In this document: positions 55,299 to 64,000 of the stretch, piece after piece
Position numbering within the stretch: position 1 is the first letter of the stretch
Layout of the letters: every line of letters starts with the position of its first letter
Assembly (NCBI GenBank): GCA_964427715.1
Contig: CAYRUV010000002.1
Location: 149,663-213,662 of the forward strand
Direction: 5' to 3'
DNA length: 64,000 nucleotides
Source: an uncultured archaeon
GTDB taxonomy: Archaea > Iainarchaeota > Iainarchaeia > Iainarchaeales > VGJJ01
Notes under the pieces: model-generated
Told to the model about the DNA's origin: nothing
Database searches by the model: none
Seen by the model: only the letters and a program-made list of their open reading frames with translations
Made by a program: the position numbers and the translations under genes

Positions 55299-56124
55299 AA
55301 AAAACAAAAAGAAACCCGCACCTGTACGAGTGTCCAAAAAGAATAGCCCCCGCGCGGGGAAAAAAACACCCCCTGTGCGTAAAAAATCACTATACGTCCC
55401 CGCCCCGACCCATTGGACGGTTCGCATCGCCCGATTCAACCCCGAAATGGACTACCATGCGCGCACGCATGAGTATGTGATGTCTCCTCATGCAGGAGAG
55501 AGTGTGTTGGATCTGCTTCTGCGTATCAAACACACGCAGGATGGAAGTTTAACCTTCCGCGGGAGCTGCGGATACGGAGGATGCGGCACGTGCGGGGTGA
55601 AAGTGAATGGAAAAACCATCCTTTCCTGCGTCACACAAGTCGAGGATGTGTTAGATGCCCATCATGGAATGCGAATCGATCCCCTACATGAAAATGTATT
55701 GAAAGACTTGGTCGTGGATGAGACTCAATTCTTCCAACAATTGTTGAAAGTCAAACCCTGGGTGATACCTCGTGCACATGATGAGAAGCGCGCCCACAAA
55801 ATGGGGGTGAATGAGGTCCAAAAGATGGGCAAAGCCCCCCAATGTATCCCCGGCGGGATCTGCGATGCCAATGCAGGAAGCGCGCGGATTGGAGAACTAG
55901 GACCCACCGCATTTGTCAAGGCCTACCGCTACATCCACGATCTGCGAGACGCCGACACCACACGTACATCGGCGCGTGGAGAGGTGCTTCCCGTGCATTA
56001 CTCATTATACAAGGCCAACGAGTGTCCAAGGGACATCCGACCGGGGGATCTTATTCAGCAATTGCGACAGGAAACCCAGAAAAGAGCCATCCATACGGAT
56101 AAAAACGCCAAAAAGGATGAATGA
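55273..56124 (+). CDS. sdhB: SdhB/FrdB-like iron-sulfur subunit with degenerate cluster ligands and a Lys-rich N-terminus
   Basis: The [2Fe-2S] motif is intact (CGYGGCGTCG..x..C). In the CxxCxxCxxxCP / CxxxxxCxxxCP region only 3 Cys remain (QCIPGGIC ... NECP). It overlaps sdhA by 26 nt. Confidence 0.7.
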   Translation: MPRKRDTTKKNKKKPAPVRVSKKNSPRAGKKTPPVRKKSLYVPAPTHWTVRIARFNPEMDYHARTHEYVMSPHAGESVLDLLLRIKHTQDGSLTFRGSCGYGGCGTCGVKVNGKTILSCVTQVEDVLDAHHGMRIDPLHENVLKDLVVDETQFFQQLLKVKPWVIPRAHDEKRAHKMGVNEVQKMGKAPQCIPGGICDANAGSARIGELGPTAFVKAYRYIHDLRDADTTRTSARGEVLPVHYSLYKANECPRDIRPGDLIQQLRQETQKRAIHTDKNAKKDE

Positions 56125-56127
56125 CAC

Positions 56128-57591
56128 ATGTCCCAAACTAAATTCAGAAACGAAAGCGACTCCATCGGAGTCAAAAAAGTTCCCCGCGACGCGTATGGGG
56201 GAATATTTTCCACACGTGCGAAGGAAAACTTCTCCCTCTCAACGAGGAGAATGCCCGCTCAACTATTTCGAAACGTCGCACTGCTCAAACACGCAGCTGC
56301 GGAAGAACATCTGCGTGCTAAACGATTGGATGGGAAAGTAGGAAAAGCTATTTTGCGCGCGTGCAGTGAAATCATGAAAGGAAAAACCTATCCTGAGTTC
56401 GAATTGGACGTGTATCAAGCCGGAGCGGGAACACCCATCAACATGGCCCTCAATGAAGTCGTGGCGAATCGCGCATTGGAACTGGTAGGTGAGCGAAAAG
56501 GAAAATATTCACGCATTCACCCTAACATCCACGTAAACATGATGCAGAGCACGAATGACGTGATTCCTACTGCCATGCGACTCACCACGATTGACCTCTC
56601 GGAGAAACTAGAAGAGGAACTCATCGAAACCATACACGTCGCGGAGCACCTCTCTAAGACATACTCCAAGACTCTCAAAACAGGAAGGACTCACCTCCAA
56701 ACCGCGGTGCCGGTGACGTTTGGACAGGAATTGTATGCGTATGCCCAATCCCTCCGGGATGCCCTCCGCACCCTTCGAGAGGCCAAGGAGAAGCTCTACG
56801 AGCTATCCATTGGGGGAACCGCCGTGGGAACCGGAATCACTACCGAAGCCGGATATGATGTGAAAGTCGTAGCCCGAATCAAGAAACACACGCACCAGCC
56901 GTATTTTCCAAGCCACCGAAAGATGCTCCTCACGAGCCACATGACCCATTTTACCCACTACTCGCACGCCCTCTCCGAATTAGCCGATGAATTGATGGTC
57001 TGGGCAAACGATTGGGTGATTTTAGGATCAGACCCTTACGCAGGAATTGGAGAAATCAAACTTCCAGAAGCCGAACCGGGAAGCAGCATCATGCCGGGGA
57101 AAGTCAACCCGAGCATTTTGGAAGCCATGAAAATGGTCTGCTTACAAGTCCAAGGAAACAATGAAACCATACGATTAGCATCCGAGGCCACTCAACTTGA
57201 ACTCAATGTGATGACTCCCGTGATGGGATCAAATTTGTTTGAATCTATTTCACTCTTAACAAACGCATTGCGGATGTTTCGCACCAAGTGTTTAGTGCGC
57301 GTGAAGCCTACTTCGCGTATGCAGACGTTGATGAGCGCGTCGGTTTCCACTGCCACCTCCCTCAATCCATATTTGGGATATGACGTCGTGGCTCACGTCG
57401 TGAAACGAAGCATGAAAGAAGGAATTTCCGTGTCGGAGTTTCTCGTGAAAGAGAAAATACTCACGAAAGAAGAAGCGACCCACTTGATGAACCCCATTCA
57501 TCTCACACAACCGGGGAAAATTGACGCGGTGTTGAAGGAAAAGATTCGCGCCCGCCCATCTTACTCCAAAATGAAATCCCTCGTCCAGTGA
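56128..57591 (+). CDS. Class II fumarase/aspartase-family lyase (aspartate ammonia-lyase-like)
   Basis: GSSIMPGKVNP signature. VYQAGAGTPINMALNEV resembles AspA (VYQGGAGTS.NMN) more than FumC (WQTGSGTQ.NMN). Confidence 0.85.
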   Translation: MSQTKFRNESDSIGVKKVPRDAYGGIFSTRAKENFSLSTRRMPAQLFRNVALLKHAAAEEHLRAKRLDGKVGKAILRACSEIMKGKTYPEFELDVYQAGAGTPINMALNEVVANRALELVGERKGKYSRIHPNIHVNMMQSTNDVIPTAMRLTTIDLSEKLEEELIETIHVAEHLSKTYSKTLKTGRTHLQTAVPVTFGQELYAYAQSLRDALRTLREAKEKLYELSIGGTAVGTGITTEAGYDVKVVARIKKHTHQPYFPSHRKMLLTSHMTHFTHYSHALSELADELMVWANDWVILGSDPYAGIGEIKLPEAEPGSSIMPGKVNPSILEAMKMVCLQVQGNNETIRLASEATQLELNVMTPVMGSNLFESISLLTNALRMFRTKCLVRVKPTSRMQTLMSASVSTATSLNPYLGYDVVAHVVKRSMKEGISVSEFLVKEKILTKEEATHLMNPIHLTQPGKIDAVLKEKIRARPSYSKMKSLVQ

Positions 57592-57645
57592 TTGGCGCGA
57601 TGAGCCACGCGCAGGAATAAAAAGCACAATACGCTCAACGAGGGA

Positions 57646-58074
57646 ATGGCTCACAAGTATTTTACATTAGAAGAGGCGCGGAAAGTCCTGCCCAAAGTCC
57701 AGCACCACATGACACGGCTCCTCACTATCCACGACGAGCTCACTGCCCTTTCAGGCGTAAAAGTCCACGCCGAATCTGAGGATTGGACCGCTCACTTGCT
57801 CGCAATTAACATCAACAAACGCTACCATGAATTATCCTTCAAATACTTCGCCGAAATGGAAGCTCTGACTCGAGTCGGGTGTTACGTGAAAGATGTTCAA
57901 CAGGGATTAGTGGATTTTTACTCAAAATTAGGAGATAAAGACATCATGTTCTGCTGGCAGTGCGACGAACCTGATCTCTTGTATTATCATGAGACCCACA
58001 CTGGGTATGAAGGGCGCGAACCTATTGCTCAACTGAAGGAAAAACTCGCAGCGGAACAGCGCGCCCTTCTTTAA
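57646..58074 (+). CDS. DUF2203-family protein
   Basis: N-terminal YFTLEEARKVLPKV and C-terminal FCWQCDEPDLLYYHETHTGYEGREPI. Confidence 0.65.
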   Translation: MAHKYFTLEEARKVLPKVQHHMTRLLTIHDELTALSGVKVHAESEDWTAHLLAININKRYHELSFKYFAEMEALTRVGCYVKDVQQGLVDFYSKLGDKDIMFCWQCDEPDLLYYHETHTGYEGREPIAQLKEKLAAEQRALL

Positions 58075-58097
58075 CCATTTCATCCCCTATTCCCTTC

Positions 58098-58757
58098 ATG
58101 CCCTACTCTCAACGAGTCCAAAAATACGTGGACCATTACTCCCAAGGAGTCATCATTCGCGACCACTCCCTTGAATTGTACGATCAATTTCTCCAAAACT
58201 TAGGAGAGAATCAAACGCTTGAACAACTTGTTCAACGTGTTTTGCGACGAAAGGAAGTATGTCGAATATTGGATGTGGGATGCGGCAATGCCAATGCCCT
58301 TCAAAAGCTCAAAGAATTATTCGGGAAGCGCATTCATACCATAGGAATGGACCTGCTTCCCCCGGTCGTGCAAAAAGGACTTGACCAATTCATTGAAGGA
58401 GATGTGCACACCCAACCCTTTCCTGAACGGTGCGACCTCATCGTATCCTTCCGTTCCATCCACCAAATGGGAGGAATTCGAACCCTTGTTCCTCTCCTTG
58501 CGCGTGCCCTTGAGAAGGGAGGAAGATCCTATTGTTGGATCCGCATGCGAGAGGCCCCGGAAGGAAAGCCTGAATTCGTGGGGGAAATGAGCGAGAAAGA
58601 AGAACATGATCTACACGCCCTGACCGCCCAAAACGAAGTCGAGGGGTGTACGCTCCTATTACAAGCCGTCGAAGTGCCCATTCCCGTGACCCATGACGCG
58701 GATGAACGCAAAGTGATGATAGGAGGGTACGTCCTCCTTATCCATCGACCCCTCTGA
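58098..58757 (+). CDS. SAM-dependent methyltransferase
   Basis: Motif I ILDVGCGNANAL in a class I MTase layout. Confidence 0.75.
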   Translation: MPYSQRVQKYVDHYSQGVIIRDHSLELYDQFLQNLGENQTLEQLVQRVLRRKEVCRILDVGCGNANALQKLKELFGKRIHTIGMDLLPPVVQKGLDQFIEGDVHTQPFPERCDLIVSFRSIHQMGGIRTLVPLLARALEKGGRSYCWIRMREAPEGKPEFVGEMSEKEEHDLHALTAQNEVEGCTLLLQAVEVPIPVTHDADERKVMIGGYVLLIHRPL

Positions 58758-58810
58758 GGTTGGTTTTTAGCCATTTTCTCCTATACTAACTACGTTGGAG
58801 TTGATTTGAT

Positions 58811-59422
58811 ATGACGGACGCAAAACCATTAACCTACAAGAGCCTACAGGGACTCTCGGAAAAGCAGATTGCCGAGCACCATGATGTACTGTATGTGGGA
58901 TATGTGAAGAAAACGGATGAGATCCGAGAAAAACTCAAAACGGTCGATTTGACCAAAGCCAACGGAACCCACTCCGACTTGAGAGAGCTTAAGCTTGAAG
59001 AAGGGTTTGCCGTGAACGGCGTGCGACTCCATGAAGGATACTTTGCGGCCATGGGTGGACAGGGAGGAAAGCCCTCCGGAAGCCTCCTGAAGATGATCGA
59101 AGAAGACTTTGGTTCCTATGAAAAGTGGGAAGCCGAATTCAAAGCACTCGGACTATGCGCCCGCGGATGGGTCGTGTTGGCCTTTGACTGGGAAGACATG
59201 AAACTCCACAACTACATCTGCGACGTGCATAATCAAGGTGCCATTTGGGGCTGCTCAACCGTACTCATCCTGGACGTGTACGAGCACGCGTACTTTTTGG
59301 ATTATGGGACGAACCGAAAGGCCTACATCGAGACCTTCATGAAGAACCTTCATTGGAACCACATTGAACAAAAGGTCCAGAATACCATGATGTACGAAAG
59401 TCGAGCCAAGATGCACCATTAA
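58811..59422 (+). CDS. sod: Fe/Mn superoxide dismutase
   Basis: DVYEHAYFLDYGTNRKAYIETFMKNLHWN, an N-terminal AEHH and a mid-protein His (RLHEGYF). Confidence 0.85.
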   Translation: MTDAKPLTYKSLQGLSEKQIAEHHDVLYVGYVKKTDEIREKLKTVDLTKANGTHSDLRELKLEEGFAVNGVRLHEGYFAAMGGQGGKPSGSLLKMIEEDFGSYEKWEAEFKALGLCARGWVVLAFDWEDMKLHNYICDVHNQGAIWGCSTVLILDVYEHAYFLDYGTNRKAYIETFMKNLHWNHIEQKVQNTMMYESRAKMHH

Positions 59423-59465
59423 TGGAGCGAAGGGGGGGTCATTCCCCTCCTCCTATATAGGTTTT

Positions 59466-59501
59466 GGAAAGGCCTCCCGGCGGATTTTAAAGGCCTTTTC
59501 C
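59466..59501 (+). promoter_or_regulatory. Inverted repeat GGAAAGGCCT / AGGCCTTTTCC bracketing the TATA-like ATTTTAA of the reductase/carotenoid gene run
   Basis: The arms are at 59466-59475 and 59491-59501, with one extra T. The TATA-like box is at 59485-59491, 25 nt before the ATG at 59516. A CCTATATAGG palindrome lies just upstream (59452-59461). Confidence 0.4.
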
Positions 59502-59515
59502 TGCCCTCTCATTCT

Positions 59516-60700
59516 ATGACCATTGATTCCACCCTCGTCTACGACGTCGCCGTCATCGGAGCCGGACCCGCCGGGGGAAGCGCCGCGCTGCATTGTGCTA
59601 AGAAAGGACTCAAGACAATTGTTTTAGAAGAACACGCCACGGTCGGAGACCCCGTGCACTGCGGAGAATGTTTGAGCGAAATGGCCGAGATTCGCGTCAA
59701 CATGAAGTTTCCCAACGAAGTCATCGCCATGCCCGTGAAAGGAGTCAAGGTCGTCTTTCCCGATAACCACAAAGTCACCCTCACAGAAGCCGGGTATGTG
59801 TTGGAAAAACACGCCTTTGAAAAATGGTTAACCGGAGAAGCCCAGAACGCAGGAGCGGAAGTCTCCATGAGCACCCGCGTCACGTCCTTAGCAAGAGAGA
59901 ATGAAATTTGGGTTATTCAAACCACGCAAGGGGTTGTCAAAGCACGCATCGTGCTGGATGGAAGTGGAGCCGCCGGGGTGGCCAATCGAATGCTCAACAT
60001 GAATGAGCGATTCAAAGTCACCACGGGAATTCAATACGAACTGTTGGATATTCCCCAAGAAGGATACCTGGACTTTTACTTATGGCCGAGGCTCGCACCC
60101 GAAGGATACCTTTGGATGATCCCCAAAAATGATGGAAGGGCTAACGTGGGACTGGTAACGCATGACATTCCCAAAGCCAAAGTCTACTTGGACCAATTCG
60201 TCAAAGAAATGGGATGGGAAACAAAAACCAAAGTCAAGACATTCGGCGGACCCATTCCGAGCTCCGGACCGGTGAAAAACACCGTGGGGGATGGAATCCT
60301 CTTGATTGGAGACGCGGCTGGATTCACCTCTCCCTTGTTCGAAGGAGGAACCCAACTCGGACTCGTTTCCGGACGTATGGCCGCGGAAGTGGCTAGGGAT
60401 GCACTCACGCAAAATAAAACCGACAAAACCACGTTGAGCGTGTACGAGAAGAAATGGAAAATGGAATTCCCCTCGTATAACAAAATCATCAAAGGAAAAG
60501 ATGCCTTGTATAATTTCACCGAAGACGAACTCAACCGCATCGGTCACCTGATGCCGGACGAACTCTCCAACCTAACGGCCATCGACAAGGCGAAGGTTGG
60601 AATCCACGTCCTCTCGAAGAATCGAGACCTCTACAAGAAAGGAGTCATCGACGCCTTCCTCGCATTTGGATACTCGAGAGCCTCCCATTATGGATGGTAG
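59516..60700 (+). CDS. Geranylgeranyl reductase-family flavoprotein (second paralogue)
   Basis: YDVAVIGAGPAGGSAA...VLEEH..VGDPVHCGECLS and LIGDAAG; 394 aa. Confidence 0.85.
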   Translation: MTIDSTLVYDVAVIGAGPAGGSAALHCAKKGLKTIVLEEHATVGDPVHCGECLSEMAEIRVNMKFPNEVIAMPVKGVKVVFPDNHKVTLTEAGYVLEKHAFEKWLTGEAQNAGAEVSMSTRVTSLARENEIWVIQTTQGVVKARIVLDGSGAAGVANRMLNMNERFKVTTGIQYELLDIPQEGYLDFYLWPRLAPEGYLWMIPKNDGRANVGLVTHDIPKAKVYLDQFVKEMGWETKTKVKTFGGPIPSSGPVKNTVGDGILLIGDAAGFTSPLFEGGTQLGLVSGRMAAEVARDALTQNKTDKTTLSVYEKKWKMEFPSYNKIIKGKDALYNFTEDELNRIGHLMPDELSNLTAIDKAKVGIHVLSKNRDLYKKGVIDAFLAFGYSRASHYGW

Positions 60701-60753
60701 GATCTTTTCATTTTCATTCCCCATTATTAACTCGGAAAATAGGAATTCATCCA

Positions 60754-61632
60754 ATGGCTACTATCGAGTATGAGCCCTCGCGTAAACTCTGCGAACAATA
60801 CGCCTCCTCATTCTATTCAGCCGCGCAATTCCTCCCGGAAGACAAAAAGAATGCTGCGTACGCGTTATACGGATTTTGCCGCTACACTGACAACATCGTA
60901 GACGGAGAAGGATCCCCTGAATACAAGCGAAAACTCCTCCGACTCTGGAAACAAGCCCTTCAATTGCAGTGGGATGAGCCCACCCCCCAACATTCGATTC
61001 TCCACGCATTTGTGCACACGTGCAAAGAGTATCAAATCCCCCCTGAATTAGGATATGGACTGATTGAGGGACTGGAAATCGACTTGAAGAAGAACGAATA
61101 CGAGAACTTCGATGAACTCTTTGCCTATTGCTACGCCGCGGGAGGAATCCCCGGATTGCTCATGGCCCACATCTCCGGCGCACCTGCATCCTCCTACCCG
61201 GCCGCCGTGTCATTGGGAGTGGGGATGCAACTCACGAATATTCTACGTGATATTCACGAAGACTTGGATCGAGGACGCGTGTATGTGCCCTTAAATGAGA
61301 TGAACGAATACGGCTATTCCATTAATGACCTGCGAAACCACACACTCAACCAGGCATTTCGCGCACTCATGGGCTATCAAATAGCCCGCGCCCAAATGTA
61401 TTACACGGAAGCCGAGAAAGCCCTTTCACACACGGATGCGTCAATGCAACTCGCACTTGAACTGTGCCTGTCCTATTATCGTGAAATCCTGCGAGAAATA
61501 GAAAAGAACCAGTACGACGTATTCTCTACACGTGCATTTGTCTCTGAAGAACGGAAAAAGGGATTATTCGGAGAAGCAGTATCCAAAATCCTCCGCCAAG
61601 CGGAACGACTAAAAGACCCGGCCCAGGAATAG
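60754..61632 (+). CDS. crtB: Phytoene (squalene/phytoene) synthase
   Basis: SFYSAAQFLP, YGFCRYTDNIVD and LTNILRDIHEDLDRGRVYVP. I trimmed the track ORF (start 60694) to the ATG at 60754. Confidence 0.85.
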   Translation: MATIEYEPSRKLCEQYASSFYSAAQFLPEDKKNAAYALYGFCRYTDNIVDGEGSPEYKRKLLRLWKQALQLQWDEPTPQHSILHAFVHTCKEYQIPPELGYGLIEGLEIDLKKNEYENFDELFAYCYAAGGIPGLLMAHISGAPASSYPAAVSLGVGMQLTNILRDIHEDLDRGRVYVPLNEMNEYGYSINDLRNHTLNQAFRALMGYQIARAQMYYTEAEKALSHTDASMQLALELCLSYYREILREIEKNQYDVFSTRAFVSEERKKGLFGEAVSKILRQAERLKDPAQE

Positions 61633-61641
61633 ACTATTCCT

Positions 61642-63153
61642 ATGGAACCCGGAAAAAAGATCCTCATCATCGGCGCCGGAATTGGAGGGTTAGCACTTGC
61701 AGCCCGACTCTCAACGAAGGGATACACGGTTGACGTGTATGAGAAGAACGCCTTCACCGGCGGACGAGTTGCACAGAAGAAAATCAAAGGATACACCATT
61801 GATTTAGGACCTACATTCCTCCTCATGCCGAGGGAATTTGAAGAACTATTCGCGTATTGTGGAGAAAAATTCTCTAATCACATACAAATTGAACCCCTGG
61901 ACCCCATTTATCGACTTCATTACGCGGATCAGACATTCCTAGACATGCATTCGTCTCTTCCTCGCATGAGAGAATCCTTCTACCGTTACCACTCCTCCAC
62001 GGCAGAGAAGAATTTCCAATCATTCCTTGACTTTTTGTCCTACGAGCAGGAGAAATTCTCCATCGTATACGATCGATTCATCACCCGACCCGCTAAATCA
62101 CTCGCGGAGTTGGTCTTGTCATGGGATTTCCCCTATTTGTTTCGACTCGACGGGTTCCATTCCATGTGGGAGAATGCGGAGACGTTCTTCACGGATACCA
62201 AAATCAAACTCGCAATGAGTTTCCAAAGCATGTACATCGGGGAAAGCCCCTTTGTTGCACCCGGAACATACTCGATTATTCCCTATGTGGAATTCACGCA
62301 GGGAGTATGGTATCCCAAGCAAGGAATCCGAGGATTAGTGGACTCCATTGAGAAACTCGCCAAGAAAAAAGGGGCGAAAATACACCTCAAGAAGAAAGTC
62401 AAGGAAATACTCATCGAAAATGGGAAAGCCATTGGAATTCGACTCGAAAACGGAAAAGAAGTGCACGCAGACATGATCGTGAGCAACCTGGACCTTCCTG
62501 CCGCCTACCATTCACTCGTTCCTGAAACAAAACGGAAGAAATACACAGAAAAAAAGCTCAACGCCCTTCAATACGGGTGCTCGGCATTCATGATGTACGT
62601 GGGAGTGAAGAAAGAATATGCGAAGCTCCAACACCACAACGTATTCTTCTCTGGCGACCACAAGAGAAACTTTGAAGAAATTTTTAGAACGAAAGAAATC
62701 CCCTCGGATCCCAGCCTCTACATCAACGTCTCCAGTCGCACTAACCCCAAACTTGCCCCGAAGGGGAAACATTTGCTCTACATCCTCGTTCCCGTGCCCT
62801 ATTCCGCCCAGCAAGATGGGAAGAAAGTAAACTGGAACGATTACAAAAAAGAATATTCACACAAAATCTTGGACACTCTCGAATCGAGAGGATTAGTGGA
62901 TTTGAAAAAGAACGTGGAAATGATGGAAATATTCACCCCGGATGATTGGGAATCCCTGGCAGGGATGCATTTTGGGAGTACGTTTGGTCTTTCCCCCATT
63001 TTCTTCCAATCGAGCGTGTTCCGACCCAATCAGAAGAGCGAGGAGTTCCAAAACCTATTCTTCGTAGGTGCGTCTACTCACCCGGGGAGTGGGATGCCGC
63101 TTGTTCTAATCTCGGCGCGGACGTGCGAAGAACGAATACAGAATAATCGTTAG
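61642..63153 (+). CDS. crtI: Phytoene desaturase
   Basis: KILIIGAGIGGLALAARL...VYEKN...GGR and a C-terminal FVGASTHPGSGMP; 503 aa. Confidence 0.9.
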   Translation: MEPGKKILIIGAGIGGLALAARLSTKGYTVDVYEKNAFTGGRVAQKKIKGYTIDLGPTFLLMPREFEELFAYCGEKFSNHIQIEPLDPIYRLHYADQTFLDMHSSLPRMRESFYRYHSSTAEKNFQSFLDFLSYEQEKFSIVYDRFITRPAKSLAELVLSWDFPYLFRLDGFHSMWENAETFFTDTKIKLAMSFQSMYIGESPFVAPGTYSIIPYVEFTQGVWYPKQGIRGLVDSIEKLAKKKGAKIHLKKKVKEILIENGKAIGIRLENGKEVHADMIVSNLDLPAAYHSLVPETKRKKYTEKKLNALQYGCSAFMMYVGVKKEYAKLQHHNVFFSGDHKRNFEEIFRTKEIPSDPSLYINVSSRTNPKLAPKGKHLLYILVPVPYSAQQDGKKVNWNDYKKEYSHKILDTLESRGLVDLKKNVEMMEIFTPDDWESLAGMHFGSTFGLSPIFFQSSVFRPNQKSEEFQNLFFVGASTHPGSGMPLVLISARTCEERIQNNR

Positions 63154-63411
63154 GGCGAGCAGCTCAAAACCATACACCAGGTTCTCAATCGGAATAAACG
63201 GAACGAAAATCCCAATGACTTCTTCGCGATTAAACGTCCAAATCCCTATTTGCGTGAAATAATTATCCAATACTAATTGGAACGCAGCGAAAATAAGTGC
63301 AGTAATCCAAAATGGGCGATTGGACAACCGCAACACGCGCGTGTGGAGAATAGTGTCCAGCACGAGGAGGAAGGCGAGAAAAATTCCCACGACGAGCGTG
63401 TATTCCATCAT
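63106..63411 (-). CDS. Lycopene cyclase domain protein (half of a heterodimeric CrtYc/Yd-type cyclase)
   Basis: 101 aa, 3 TM, PIENLVYGF motif. It overlaps the upstream partner by 4 nt, and its 3' end overlaps crtI by 48 nt (convergent). Confidence 0.7.
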   Translation of the reverse strand: MMEYTLVVGIFLAFLLVLDTILHTRVLRLSNRPFWITALIFAAFQLVLDNYFTQIGIWTFNREEVIGIFVPFIPIENLVYGFELLALTIILYSFFARPRRD

Positions 63412-63716
63412 TGGGATTTCCTCCCACTCACGAAGCGATATACAACTATTCCAAAGAATGGAACTACCAAGAAGAACTTGATCTCCTCAATGGGTTGATT
63501 GATGATGACTATGTTGAGCGTGTGTTCCAGTCCGAACGACCAATGCCCGCGCGACACGGCGAGAATGTCCCATGCGATGAAGATGAACGCAGTGACGATG
63601 AGTGAGAGGGCCGTTGCGCGAATTTGATGCGAATTGAACTTCACTTTTCCAAAATAGAGGACGCACGCACACCCTATGAGTACGAAAAGAAGGTAGAGAA
63701 CGTACGTGAAGGTCAT
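63408..63716 (-). CDS. Lycopene cyclase domain protein (other half of the heterodimeric cyclase)
   Basis: 102 aa, 3 TM, PIEEIKFFLVVP motif. Confidence 0.7.
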   Translation of the reverse strand: MTFTYVLYLLFVLIGCACVLYFGKVKFNSHQIRATALSLIVTAFIFIAWDILAVSRGHWSFGLEHTLNIVIINQPIEEIKFFLVVPFFGIVVYRFVSGRKSQ

Positions 63717-63752
63717 GAAAAAGAAAAAGTGGCTGGAACTAAAAAGCCAGCC

Positions 63753-64000
63753 TTATGCCAATGAGGCGTGTCTCCGCTTCGAGGAGCGGGACGCGGCCAT
63801 GGTGGCGGAAGGAATAGGCAACGAATGATTCCGCTTCTGCGGAGACAATCGATACCCCACCCACGCGGCCACCTTCAATGCGGCATGAATAGGAATCGCC
63901 AGAATGGTGGCTGCCTTGTAGACATCCGGGAGCTGCATGAATTGATCCTGCAACTCTTCATCGCCCATTAATGCTTGCACATGCTCATGCGTTCCCATAG
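63753..64000 (-). CDS. Partial CDS of unknown function (C-terminal ~82 aa; N-terminus beyond the window end)
   Basis: The frame is open to the window edge. It contains THEH, one hydrophobic helix (AATILAIPIHAALKVAAWVGY) and a basic tail. It lies upstream of the cyclase genes on the same strand. Confidence 0.35.
   Translation of the reverse strand, partial: MGTHEHVQALMGDEELQDQFMQLPDVYKAATILAIPIHAALKVAAWVGYRLSPQKRNHSLPIPSATMAASRSSKRRHASLA

Noticed and set aside
63753-64000. Possible rhodopsin C-terminus (retinal Lys in AALKVAAWVGY) next to the carotenoid genes.
   Set aside because: Only one hydrophobic helix is visible. The preceding sequence is hydrophilic. The position expected to be Asp before the Lys region is His. 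The fragment is too short to call, so I report it only as an unknown partial CDS.

Overview
This is a gene-dense 64-kb chromosomal segment from an archaeon, roughly 90% coding and about 47-50% GC in hand-counted sample lines. Archaeal hallmarks present: PolD DP1/DP2, Orc1/Cdc6, Hel308, aCPSF1, proteasome beta, NAC, ribosomal S15 and S3Ae, SecDF, CDP-archaeol synthase, an archaeosortase-like protein, SepF and KEOPS Bud32. Lys-rich protein tails, lipobox lipoproteins and patchy metabolism suggest a small-genome, DPANN-like lineage; this is inference only. Several bacterial-type modules are embedded: grpE-dnaK-dnaJ, RadC, a snapalysin-like protease, and crtB-crtI with split lycopene cyclases. I recognised no rRNA, tRNA, CRISPR array, transposase or integrase. 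Items most worth follow-up: (1) an 852-aa enzyme-like exoprotein with an exact archaeal prepilin (class III, QxSxExxxL) signal, plus a second giant exoprotein with a weaker pilin-like N-terminus; (2) the largest non-coding gap (617 bp), with an AT-rich repeat-bearing half and a GC-rich, hairpin-rich candidate ncRNA of unknown class; (3) an sdhA / degenerate sdhB / aspartase-like trio with no membrane-anchor genes; (4) a ~700-bp low-GC islet of three tiny membrane-protein genes abutting the PolD stop codon; (5) a wHTH plus membrane HExxH protein pair divergent from the hsp70 operon; (6) carS abutting an archaeosortase-like gene; (7) a lipoprotein built from four copies of an unrecognised Cys/Trp domain. 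All functional calls rest on motif recognition by eye. No database search was run.
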